From the NCBI GenBank assembly GCA_044225505.1, contig JBGAIN010000034.1, positions 1-58,196 on the forward strand: a stretch of 58,196 bases of DNA, in the 5' to 3' direction. A program made the position numbers and the translations under genes. The notes under the pieces are model-generated. The model did no database searches. It saw only the letters and a program-made list of their open reading frames with translations, and was not told where the DNA came from. The DNA is from Limisphaerales bacterium. GTDB taxonomy: Bacteria > Verrucomicrobiota > Verrucomicrobiia > Limisphaerales > SIBE01. Shown here one piece after another: positions 31,765 to 41,000 of the stretch; positions within the stretch are counted from its first letter, which is position 1, and the number at the start of each line of letters is the position of its first letter.

Positions 31765-32736
31765 ATGCAAGACTCAGCTGTCAGTGTTATTCCCTGCCCC
31801 ACCCTGGGCAAGCCACGCCAGAGTCGACGGAAGCGGATCCTGGTCAAATGGCTGATCGCCGTCAGCCTCGTCCTGGTCGTTCTTAATCCCAACCTGAAAC
31901 GTGCCGTCCTCCAGGTCAAGCATACGCTCCATCCGGACACGCTTATTCAACCCCACTTTAGCGGCATCGAACGTGTCAACGCTCAGATCGATCGTTGGAT
32001 CGCCGCCGACCGCGGCCGCCATTCGGAAGCGCGCTTAGTCGCCCGCTTTGTCGTCCGCCAGATCGCCTACGTGACGGACTATGAGAACTGGGGAAACTTG
32101 GAATACTGGCCAACCGCACAGGAAGCATGGCAGAAGGGTCAGGAAGACTGCGATGGCCGCGCCGTGCTTGCCACGAGTCTCCTTCGCTCTCGCGGGTACC
32201 GTTCTGCACGACTGATCGTAGGATTGGACCACATGTGGATCAAGGTGGACGAAAACGAGAAAGACCCAGTCAAGCCTCCTCACTACGTCGCTCTCCTAAA
32301 CCCGAATCCAAACTTTAGCCTGGACCTGCCCGACCATCCCGACAGCCACGACCTATGGTGCCTCGTGCAAGCTTTCCTCCATCCCACCGCCCTGCGAGAG
32401 ACTAGCACGCAATTCGTAGCGGACATACCATTAGTTCGGAAAATCATCCTCGTCGTCGCCGCGCTTTTGCTTTGCAGCTATCCATCTCGGCGTCTAATAG
32501 GTCCCCTTATTGGAATAGCTCTCGGCCTGCTCTCGGTTTGGGTGTTGGCCGATTGGGATCCAGACCGAGGCGACTGGCTCCGAGCTGGCCTAAGCGCCGG
32601 TCTTTTCCTCGCCGCGTCTGCGATCGCCCTGCTCTGGGAACGCTTCCCTCGTTGTTGGACGACCGCGCGACATCCCATCACGCCCACCGAAACCTGCGGC
32701 TGGTGCTCCACACACAGCCGCGCTCCACAAAATTGA
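31765..32736 (+). CDS. Membrane-anchored transglutaminase-like (Cys protease fold) protein
   Basis: YVTD...W...EYW, EDCDGRAVL..SLL..RG, HMWI; N- and C-terminal TMs. Confidence 0.7.
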   Translation: MQDSAVSVIPCPTLGKPRQSRRKRILVKWLIAVSLVLVVLNPNLKRAVLQVKHTLHPDTLIQPHFSGIERVNAQIDRWIAADRGRHSEARLVARFVVRQIAYVTDYENWGNLEYWPTAQEAWQKGQEDCDGRAVLATSLLRSRGYRSARLIVGLDHMWIKVDENEKDPVKPPHYVALLNPNPNFSLDLPDHPDSHDLWCLVQAFLHPTALRETSTQFVADIPLVRKIILVVAALLLCSYPSRRLIGPLIGIALGLLSVWVLADWDPDRGDWLRAGLSAGLFLAASAIALLWERFPRCWTTARHPITPTETCGWCSTHSRAPQN

Positions 32737-32922
32737 TCCATTGGCGCGCGGCTATGGTTGTCAGACCTAGCCGCAGCATTTTCTGCGCACCACCCCGTCG
32801 CGCCCGCTCAGACCGGCGGCGAGTCCTTCACCGATAACTCGGCTCCGTAAGATGCGAATTCCTTTCTAGCCTGAGTCCGTCCTTGTGCGGAGCGCTTGCG
32901 TGAGGAACACTCTGTCTACCGT

Positions 32923-34149
32923 ATGGGCCTTCTGAAATACATCGTTCTAGGGATGTTCCTCTGTAGCTTTGCTCTCCCAATTCGGCCTGAGAATTGGCCC
33001 AACTGGCGTGGCCCGCGGGGCGATGGCACAAGCGCAGAGAACGATGTGCCTGTCTCCTGGAGCGCCACCGCCAACGTCCTTTGGAAAACCGCCATTCCCG
33101 GGTCCGGCCACGCTTCGCCGATCGTGTTCGGCGATCGCGCGTTTACTGTTGCTGCGCTGCCGGAAACAGAAGAACGATTGCTCCTTTGTTATGATCGGCG
33201 TTCCGGCGAACTCCTCTGGAGCAGAACCGTGATCAAAGCGCCCTTGGAAAAGAAGCATCCTCTCAATAGTCACGCCTCGAGCACTCCGGCCACGGACGGT
33301 GAAAAAGTCTATGTCGCTTTTCTTGATCGTCAGGAAATGGTCGTCGCCGCTTACGACTTTCAAGGCGAACAGAAATGGTTGGCACGCCCAGGCGAATTCA
33401 GAAGCATGCATGGCTTTTGCAGTTCCCCCACCCTTTTCGAGGACAAAGTCATCCTGAACGGAGATCACGACGGAGATTCCTATCTCGTCGCCCTGTCGCG
33501 AGCGGACGGACGCACCCTTTGGAAAACGCCCCGCGAAAATCATACCCGCAGCTATTGCGCGCCGTTGATTCGAGTTCTCGATGGACGAACGCAAATGGTG
33601 CTCTCCGGAGACAAATCGGTCGCGAGCTACGATCCGCGGGACGGCTCCAGGCACTGGGTGATTGACGGCCCCACCGAACAATTCGTGGCCTCACCAGTTT
33701 ACAGTGCCAAGGAGGATCTCCTCTTCATCACCGGCGGCTTTCCCGATCACCACATTCTGGCCATTCAGCCAAACGGCCACGGCAACATCACCAAGTCCCA
33801 CATCGTGTGGCGAACCAACAAAGGCGCGGCTTACGTCCCCTCGCCTCTCATTGCCGGCGATTATTTCCTGGTCGTTTCAGATTCGGGCGTGGCCCATTGT
33901 TTCGTGGCAAAGACGGGGAAACTCGCGTGGCAACAACGCCTCGGAAGTCACCACGCCTCGCTCGTCTCCGCCAACGGTTTGGTCTATTTCCTCTCCGACG
34001 ATGGAGTCACTGAAGTGGTCCAGCCTGGACCGGAATTCAAGAGAATTGCCCGAAACGAGATTGGGGAGTCCTGCTTCGCTTCCCCAGCGATCAGCCAAGG
34101 CCACATCTTCCTTCGGGGAAACCACAACCTGTTCTGTATTGGGGACTAG
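32923..34149 (+). CDS. PQQ-binding-like beta-propeller protein
   Basis: ENWPNWRGPRGDG, GHASPIV, ASSTPATDG, SPAIS...IFLRG. Confidence 0.9.
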   Translation: MGLLKYIVLGMFLCSFALPIRPENWPNWRGPRGDGTSAENDVPVSWSATANVLWKTAIPGSGHASPIVFGDRAFTVAALPETEERLLLCYDRRSGELLWSRTVIKAPLEKKHPLNSHASSTPATDGEKVYVAFLDRQEMVVAAYDFQGEQKWLARPGEFRSMHGFCSSPTLFEDKVILNGDHDGDSYLVALSRADGRTLWKTPRENHTRSYCAPLIRVLDGRTQMVLSGDKSVASYDPRDGSRHWVIDGPTEQFVASPVYSAKEDLLFITGGFPDHHILAIQPNGHGNITKSHIVWRTNKGAAYVPSPLIAGDYFLVVSDSGVAHCFVAKTGKLAWQQRLGSHHASLVSANGLVYFLSDDGVTEVVQPGPEFKRIARNEIGESCFASPAISQGHIFLRGNHNLFCIGD

Positions 34150-34273
34150 CCGCAGCATTTCCGCGTCCCAACCTGTCGCACACATTCAAACGCGCGGATG
34201 GTGCAATCCACAAGGCTGCACTCCTAAAATTGACCCATCAAGGCGCAGCTATCTGGAAGACGGCGGGCTCTCT

Positions 34274-35509
34274 CTACCGCCGTCGGCGGCGCGCCGGGCC
34301 GAAATAATACCCTCCACTTAGCCGAACGCCTTGGATTCGTCCCGACGAGGCCGGGCGGCCGGGCTTACCCTCCTCAAAGAGAGCGGTGTACTGATAGGCA
34401 TACTCGTCCAGTTTCACACGTTCGATCTTTTGCCCGATAAATCGTTCGATCGCCTCCACATGCTTGATGTCTCCGGCCACCATGAGCGTAAAGGCGTCTC
34501 CCGTCGCCTCGGCGCGGCCAGTGCGACCAATGCGATGGACGTAATCTTCCGGATGCTGTGGCACATCGTAGTTGATGACGTGACTCACATTGGCGATATC
34601 CAATCCGCGGGCCGCAATATCCGTGGCGACCAATACTTCAAACTTCCCGTCCCGGAAGCCGCGCAAGGCCTGCTCCCGCTCTCGCTGCGTCCGGTTGGAA
34701 TGCAGGATGGCCACTGCGTGGTTCTTCTTTTTCAGCATCGTCCCGATACGATCCGCGCGTTCTTTGGTGCGGCAAAAGACAATCACCGAATCGTAGTTCA
34801 CCCGTTTGAGCAATTCCCCGAGCAGCTCCGTTTTTTGCGCTTCGGCCACCGGATAAATCACGTGCTTAACGGTTTCCGCCGGAGTCCGGCGGGCACCTAT
34901 CTCCACGACTTCCGGGTTCTTCATCGCCCAACGAATCAACGACTCGATCTGCGGCGGGACCGTGGCGGAGAAAAGGGACGTGTGACGATCGCGCGGACAA
35001 CGATCGACGATGCGACGAACATCCGGGAGAAAACCCATGTCCAGCATGCGATCCGCCTCGTCCAGGACGAGATACTTGACGCTATCGAGCCGGCAAGTCC
35101 CCTGCCCGATATGATCGAGCAGCCGTCCAGGCGTGGCCACGAGCACATCGACCCCGGAGCGTAATGCGTCGTTCTGTTTTCCATAGCCCACGCCGCCAAA
35201 GACCACGGCGACACTTAAGCCGCTGAACCGTGCAAAGTCGCGGATGGCTGTCTCCACTTGCGCAGCCAGTTCACGGGTTGGCTCCAGGATGAGCACACGT
35301 GGGCCCCGTTCGTGCTTGGCCAATAACGACAAGATAGGCAGCGCGAAAGCGGCTGTTTTCCCTGTCCCCGTCTGCGCGCTGCCGATCACGTCGCGTCCGG
35401 CCAGAATCAGTGGAATGACGCGCAATTGGATGGGGGTGGGCTCAACATAACCCATCGCTTTGACCCCCTGGGTCACCTCGCGCGACAGACCTAGTGCACT
35501 AAATGGCAT
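34274..35509 (-). CDS. DEAD-box RNA helicase (RhlE-like)
   Basis: Q motif, AQTGTGKT, PTRELA, DEAD, SAT, ARGLD, HRIGRTGR. Confidence 0.96.
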   Translation of the reverse strand: MPFSALGLSREVTQGVKAMGYVEPTPIQLRVIPLILAGRDVIGSAQTGTGKTAAFALPILSLLAKHERGPRVLILEPTRELAAQVETAIRDFARFSGLSVAVVFGGVGYGKQNDALRSGVDVLVATPGRLLDHIGQGTCRLDSVKYLVLDEADRMLDMGFLPDVRRIVDRCPRDRHTSLFSATVPPQIESLIRWAMKNPEVVEIGARRTPAETVKHVIYPVAEAQKTELLGELLKRVNYDSVIVFCRTKERADRIGTMLKKKNHAVAILHSNRTQREREQALRGFRDGKFEVLVATDIAARGLDIANVSHVINYDVPQHPEDYVHRIGRTGRAEATGDAFTLMVAGDIKHVEAIERFIGQKIERVKLDEYAYQYTALFEEGKPGRPASSGRIQGVRLSGGYYFGPARRRRR

Positions 35510-35795
35510 AACCTAAAGTAACAAGATACCCCTGCAAATAAAGGGAAATCCCACCCCCACTGCTCGCGAACACGGGCGGGACCCTGCGGGACAGCGTTGA
35601 CGTCCACGTTGCCTCATCCCTTTCTTCCTGACCTTTCAGACTTGGAATTGACCCAACAACCCCGCCCGAAACGGCCCAGTCAGCATGCGTGCAAACCCTT
35701 CACTGACAAAGAGTCAAGCCGCACCATCCAGATTTCTTGAGAATTAGTCATTGCACCCGCCACCACTTACTGGAATAGTAGCCTTTCCTGTGGTT

Positions 35796-35873
35796 CGGAG
35801 CGTAGCTCAGCCTGGCTAGAGCACTTGCTTTGGGAGCAAGACGTCGCAGGTTCGAATCCTGTCGCTCCGACCA
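35796..35873 (+). tRNA. tRNA-Pro (anticodon TGG)
   Basis: CGGAGCGTAGCTCAGCCTGGCTAGAGCACTTGCTT-TGG-GAGCAAG...GGTTCGAATCCTGTCGCTCCGACCA. Confidence 0.97.
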
Positions 35874-36139
35874 TTTTCCCCTTCGCAGCTTCTTCAGGAT
35901 CAACCCATTGGAAAGCCGATGTCTTGCGCGGCTGACACTGCCTCCGCTGAAGTCACCCACATTTCGCCGCCGTTACACTATAATTACACCCGTGAAGCTC
36001 AAGAAGGTCTGACGAGCGGTGGTCGCCCGGCCGAAGACCGGCCAATGGCCCACGAGCCGTTTCTGATCTTGCTTCAGCATGATTCTGTGACGCTACGCTC
36101 TCTGATACAGTGTATCTGCAATTTAAGAACAGGTGACTT

Positions 36140-36484
36140 ATGGCCGTATCGCCAAGCTATCGCGAGTTTGTGCTCGAACAATTGGGCCAGATCACGCCGG
36201 TAACCAGCAGGTCCATGTTTGGGGGCGTAGGGATCTATGCCCAGGGACTGTTCTTCGCCCTCATCGCGGAGAACCGCCTCTACTTCAAAGTCGATGACTT
36301 CACCCGACCCGACTTCGAACAGAGAGGAATGGAGGCGTTCCGGCCTTTTGGTGAAGATAGCGCCATGGGCTACTACGAAGTCCCGGCCGAGGTGGTCGAG
36401 GATCTGAACCATCTCGGACCTTGGACGAAAAAGGCGATCGACGTCGCCGCCGCCGCCAAGAAGAAGAAGCGGTCGAAAAGATGA
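36140..36484 (+). CDS. TfoX/Sxy N-terminal domain protein
   Basis: RSMFGGVGIY..GLFFALI..LYFKVD...YYEVP. Confidence 0.9.
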   Translation: MAVSPSYREFVLEQLGQITPVTSRSMFGGVGIYAQGLFFALIAENRLYFKVDDFTRPDFEQRGMEAFRPFGEDSAMGYYEVPAEVVEDLNHLGPWTKKAIDVAAAAKKKKRSKR

Positions 36485-36574
36485 ACGACCCGTTTCATTC
36501 CAATCGATGAGCAGCCCAATGAATGGTCACGTTCGCTTGCCGCATGAATCCGTCTTAGGTCGCCTGACGCTCGA

Positions 36575-37525
36575 TCACGGAATGTTCTTCTTTTCCACTT
36601 TCCACCCTTCCGCCTTGGCCAGGCCGCACGGGTCGCCAACGAACATTTTCGCTGCTTCGTCGTCACCCTTTAGCTGCCATTCCAACCAGGCCGTAGCGAC
36701 TTTGGCAAATTCGCCGCCATGTGGTTTTCCGTAGGTGCCACCGTGCCCGACGTTCAAATTCGCTACGAAGATCGGCAGGTGATTAACGCGCCTGAAATCG
36801 TCCATGCCATTGTTGTAAGCGATGTCCTTCTCACCACCAAGAATGTAGAGGAGGGGCGTGTGCAATTTTGCCAGATGATCCTTCCTCAGGCTGGGCATTC
36901 CTGGCATGCCTCTGCCCGGGTCACCGAGAATACCGCTGTTACAAATCATCGCCGTTGCAATCCGTGAATCGGGAGCAACCTCGAGTGTCTGCAACCCTCC
37001 GCAGGACATACCAGCGACTGCGATCTTGTTGGTCTCCAGCTTCTGATAGTACTGGCTCGAGGGTTCGCTGTTCTGCGCAACGGCCCAGTTGATCGCATCC
37101 ACCAACATTGCGGACTTAGTCGGGCCGCCAGTACCTCCCCGCTGGCCCTCCGCTGGCATGGGGCCAATCGCGATCACAACAAACCCGTGAGATGCGACCT
37201 CGGACAAGAAGTTCACATGCTCCCACGGAGAATTGGCGCATGCCCCGTTTCCCCAGGAAACGATCGGCAGTTTAACCCGAGCACCAAGGGCACTCAGATC
37301 CTTCGGCCGAAAGACCGTATGCGTCGGCAGCGTCTTATCCGATACCATCAGCGCCTTGTATGGCCCTGTCCCGCCATCTTCAACGGTCCGGCCGGCCGCT
37401 TCCTCTGATGGGCCGGTAAGCGCAGAGCCTTCCGCGCCCAGAACCAGCTTGGGCCGTGGGGTCTCCGAGGCAAAGACAGAGCTCAAGAAGCCTGCGAGGG
37501 TCAGGAGTGCGACGAGAATTCTCAT
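36575..37525 (-). CDS. Secreted alpha/beta hydrolase
   Basis: Signal peptide, WGNGAC, ASHGF, nucleophile GMSCGG, GGEKD, GHGGT. Confidence 0.85.
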   Translation of the reverse strand: MRILVALLTLAGFLSSVFASETPRPKLVLGAEGSALTGPSEEAAGRTVEDGGTGPYKALMVSDKTLPTHTVFRPKDLSALGARVKLPIVSWGNGACANSPWEHVNFLSEVASHGFVVIAIGPMPAEGQRGGTGGPTKSAMLVDAINWAVAQNSEPSSQYYQKLETNKIAVAGMSCGGLQTLEVAPDSRIATAMICNSGILGDPGRGMPGMPSLRKDHLAKLHTPLLYILGGEKDIAYNNGMDDFRRVNHLPIFVANLNVGHGGTYGKPHGGEFAKVATAWLEWQLKGDDEAAKMFVGDPCGLAKAEGWKVEKKNIP

Positions 37526-37677
37526 GGTGTTCTATTGTTAGTAATCGCTGCTGTTCTTTTTCACGCTTCCGGTTATGCCCGGTCCGCCAATTAGCTTTCC
37601 AAACCAAGTGCCATGAGCCAGTAAATTGCTCCTTTTAAACTTTGCGACGAGCACCAAATGCGGCCCGGTTTGTCGGA

Positions 37678-37882
37678 GGTGAGGGTTTACGAGTTTAGGG
37701 GTTGAACATTCCGCGTCGTGCAAAGCGGCATGTGACTACCCTCTTGAGGAGTTTGAGACTTGAGGCGTTGAGGAGTCTGTCCGATGCAACTTCCCTACCG
37801 CCGCCTGAGCGTTAACGTGTCTTTGAGTTTAACAAGTCAACGGGTGACCTCCCAACCCCTTAAACTCCCAAACTCCTAAACT
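37678..37882. repeat. Degenerate 8-bp tandem repeats (GGAGTTTA-like) in inverted arrangement
   Basis: Left runs gagggttt/acgagttt/aggggttg and ggagtttg/agacttga/ggcgttga; right run cccaacccct taaactccca aactcctaaact is the reverse complement of the same unit. Confidence 0.55.
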
Positions 37883-38037
37883 GAAAGCTATTCCGACAAC
37901 AGCGATTCGGCACAGGCGAACATCCCGGAAATGTGGAGCCGGGAGTTTTGGCGCGAGTTCCTCGACGAAATGACGCGACACCGATTCAACGTGCTCTCCC
38001 TTTGGAGTCTGAACCCATTCCCCAGCATCGAGAACAC

Positions 38038-41000
38038 TCACGCATCGTAGACGATCTCCACAAGAGGGACCTCCCAATTCTCCACCTTATATTGCTCGCG
38101 CCTGCTTTCATCAGGATCCTGTCTGGACGATCGTTGAATCATTGCAAGGACTCTAACCTCGCGCACAGATGTGTTTCTTGAGGCCCATTTTTCCTGCGCC
38201 GAGCGCGAGAGACGAGCCACGCAGGTTTGAGATTCATTGAATAGTCCAACGCCATTTCCGGGCGCGGGTTGCATGGTAAGCCTGTCCTGCGGCTTTAATG
38301 CCGCCAGCGCCGCGTGGATTGGGTGATACTGATCAAATTGTCCGGCATAGCCTAGGTGCATGTCTTGAAGTGAAAGAACTTCGTAACTGAGCCACGCCAC
38401 CGGCACCTTCGCGACCCCGGGGGTGAAGCGATATCTGCTGGTGCCACGGCCGCCGGTTTGTTGGGGAAATGACGGACGAATATCGGTCCGATCAAATACT
38501 GCCAAGGTCTTACGAGCGCGAGTCAGGCCGACATAAAACGTGCGCCGCTCTTCCTCCTGAAGAGCACGCGCAGGCGAAAGACGCCAAGGTCCGATCAAAA
38601 GCACGTGATCATATTCAGTTCCTTTGGCGGCATGGACAGTGGCGAGCGTCACGCCGTCTCCGTAGCTCAACTCGCGACGGCTCTCCGCACAGGCTTCATA
38701 GAAGTATTCCACTGCCTCTTGGACCGGGAGTTCGGCATTACCCGATTCTCTCTCCCATGCTGTGAGCAGTCGGTCGAGAAATTGCATCCACTGGTTGTAT
38801 TCGGAATCTCGGTTCAGATGAGCTGCGATCTCATGCAGTACGCTGGCGCGCTTGAAGCCACCACGTTCACGGACGACTTCCGAAATGAACCGACTAACCT
38901 CGCGCACTTGATGCAGTGCAGGCATAGCGCTGCGCCCGGCCACCCAGCGGATTGGGATGGACTCGTCTTCCGCAAGCGTCCTGACCCGAGCCAAATCGGC
39001 ATGTTCCCGGGACAACACAGCCATGCTGGACCAATTGGTCACGCCGAGCGCTCGTAAACGCTTCAATTCGGCAATAACCGCACGTGCGTGCGAGGTTTCG
39101 TCGGCCACTTCGATCAACTGGACCTTGCCGCGATACAAAAGATCTCTGCGCTCGAACTCTCCACCCGATTCTAGCATGGCGCGATGCGTGTCGATGCGGA
39201 TCGGAAGCTCTGTCTTCATCCGATCGGTATTGAGAGCGATGATCTCATTCGCTGCATCGATGATGTTGCGAGTGGACCTGTAATTCTCCACGAGGTAATG
39301 CACTTCGGCGCTGTAGTCCTGCTGGAACTGCCGAATAAAGCGCACGTTGGTGCCGCGAAAGGTATAAATGTTCTGGTCGTCATCTCCTACTGCCAGAATT
39401 GAGAGCTTCTGGTCGGCATCCTCGATGGTTCGCCCTGCGATGGCGCTAATCAGTTCATACTGCGGTTCATCGATGTCCTGGTACTCGTCTACGAGTATGT
39501 ATTGGAACCCGGCAAGCAAACGGTCCCTGATCTCGTCCGCTTCCACCCCGGGAGGAATCGTTTCACCACGGAGAAGTCTCGTCGCGTCACTGATCAGGGC
39601 ATCGAAATCGATATTCCGAGACCCGGTGGCTTGGGCAGAATAGGAAAACCCTAGTAGGCGCATCGCCAGTGCGTGATAGGTCAGGACCGTGACCCCGCGA
39701 GCGTCATCGCCGACCAGATCCGAAAGTCGCCGACGCAATTCAACGGCGGCATGGCGGTTAAAACAGCAGATGAGCACGGTTTGCGGGCGCACCCTTTCCA
39801 CCCGCAACAAGTAAGCGCAACGGTGAACCACAACCTTACTCTTGCCTGAACCCGGGCCCGCCAGAATGAGCATATTGCGACTTGCTGGTGCTGTGACTAC
39901 TCGGATTTGGGCGGGATTTGCCAAATCGGTGACGATTTTCTGGAATGAAGCCGCTGTCGTGGCGTGCTGCAGCAAGTCCGGCTTCGTCCTAAAATACCGA
40001 CGCAGAAATTCGTCCTTTGCCAGGGTGAAATAAGCGAGCACCAGCTCCAGGGCCGCCTGAATGCGTTCAAGTCCCAGGCGAGCGTACTCGCTCATGACAT
40101 GCACCTGCAGAATCCGCTCTTTGTAATGGTGCTCCAGAGGCTGGTAGTCGGAGACCTTGTACTTTTCTCCTCGCCGCTCGGGTTGGAAGCGAATCGTCAT
40201 GGCAGAGCGAAACACGGCCAGCCCTTGCTGCAGGACGATGACGCGCTGTTCGTGGAGAAACATCAACGCCCGCTCGATTGCCGCGTCGAAGTCCCTCACC
40301 TCCGAGCGGAGCAGTAGATCATTCTCGATGGCTTCGTGCAGCTCTTCGAAGTGGAACTCGATCAGCAGATCCGCACTTGCCGCCGTTTCCGAGGGAATTT
40401 TGTTCAACAGCGTGTCCAGAATTACAGAAGAAAGCCGGCGCCGCTTTTCAGCCAATTCACTGATGGTGGTCCAGTTCCGTCGGACACGGATGTGATAGGA
40501 ATCCCGTGCGATGAACCGCATCTCGATGCTGCCGTGAGTGCCAGCAAATCCTCGGCCGTCCTCGCTCAGGCTCTTGAGCAGTGAACGCACAAGTTCAATC
40601 GACGACTCGAGGCCCTCCGCACACAAGCGCTCATTCAACAAGCGCAGCAATAATGGTAACCACCCCTCGGGATCCGGCTCCTCCAGTGCCAGTATATCAA
40701 CCAGCTTGCGGTCGAGTGCCACGATGCGGTCCAGACGCAGTCGCGAATGATCGACCACCTTGTGACGCACGAACGCTGTCAGGCGCATGTCGCGCTTCAT
40801 CAGCCCTGCGTCTGTCATGCTGCCGAGGATTTTGAGGATTCTAGCACTCAGAAACTCGGGATTTGCCGAAGCCGTCGGATTACCTTTGGCATAGTTGGTG
40901 AACTCGGGCAGCAAAGCTAGCCGATCCACGGTCAGACTTTCCGTCGGTGGGGTATTGAAAATCTCTCGCAAGATGGCGCGCCAGAGTGATTTCTCGCTTT

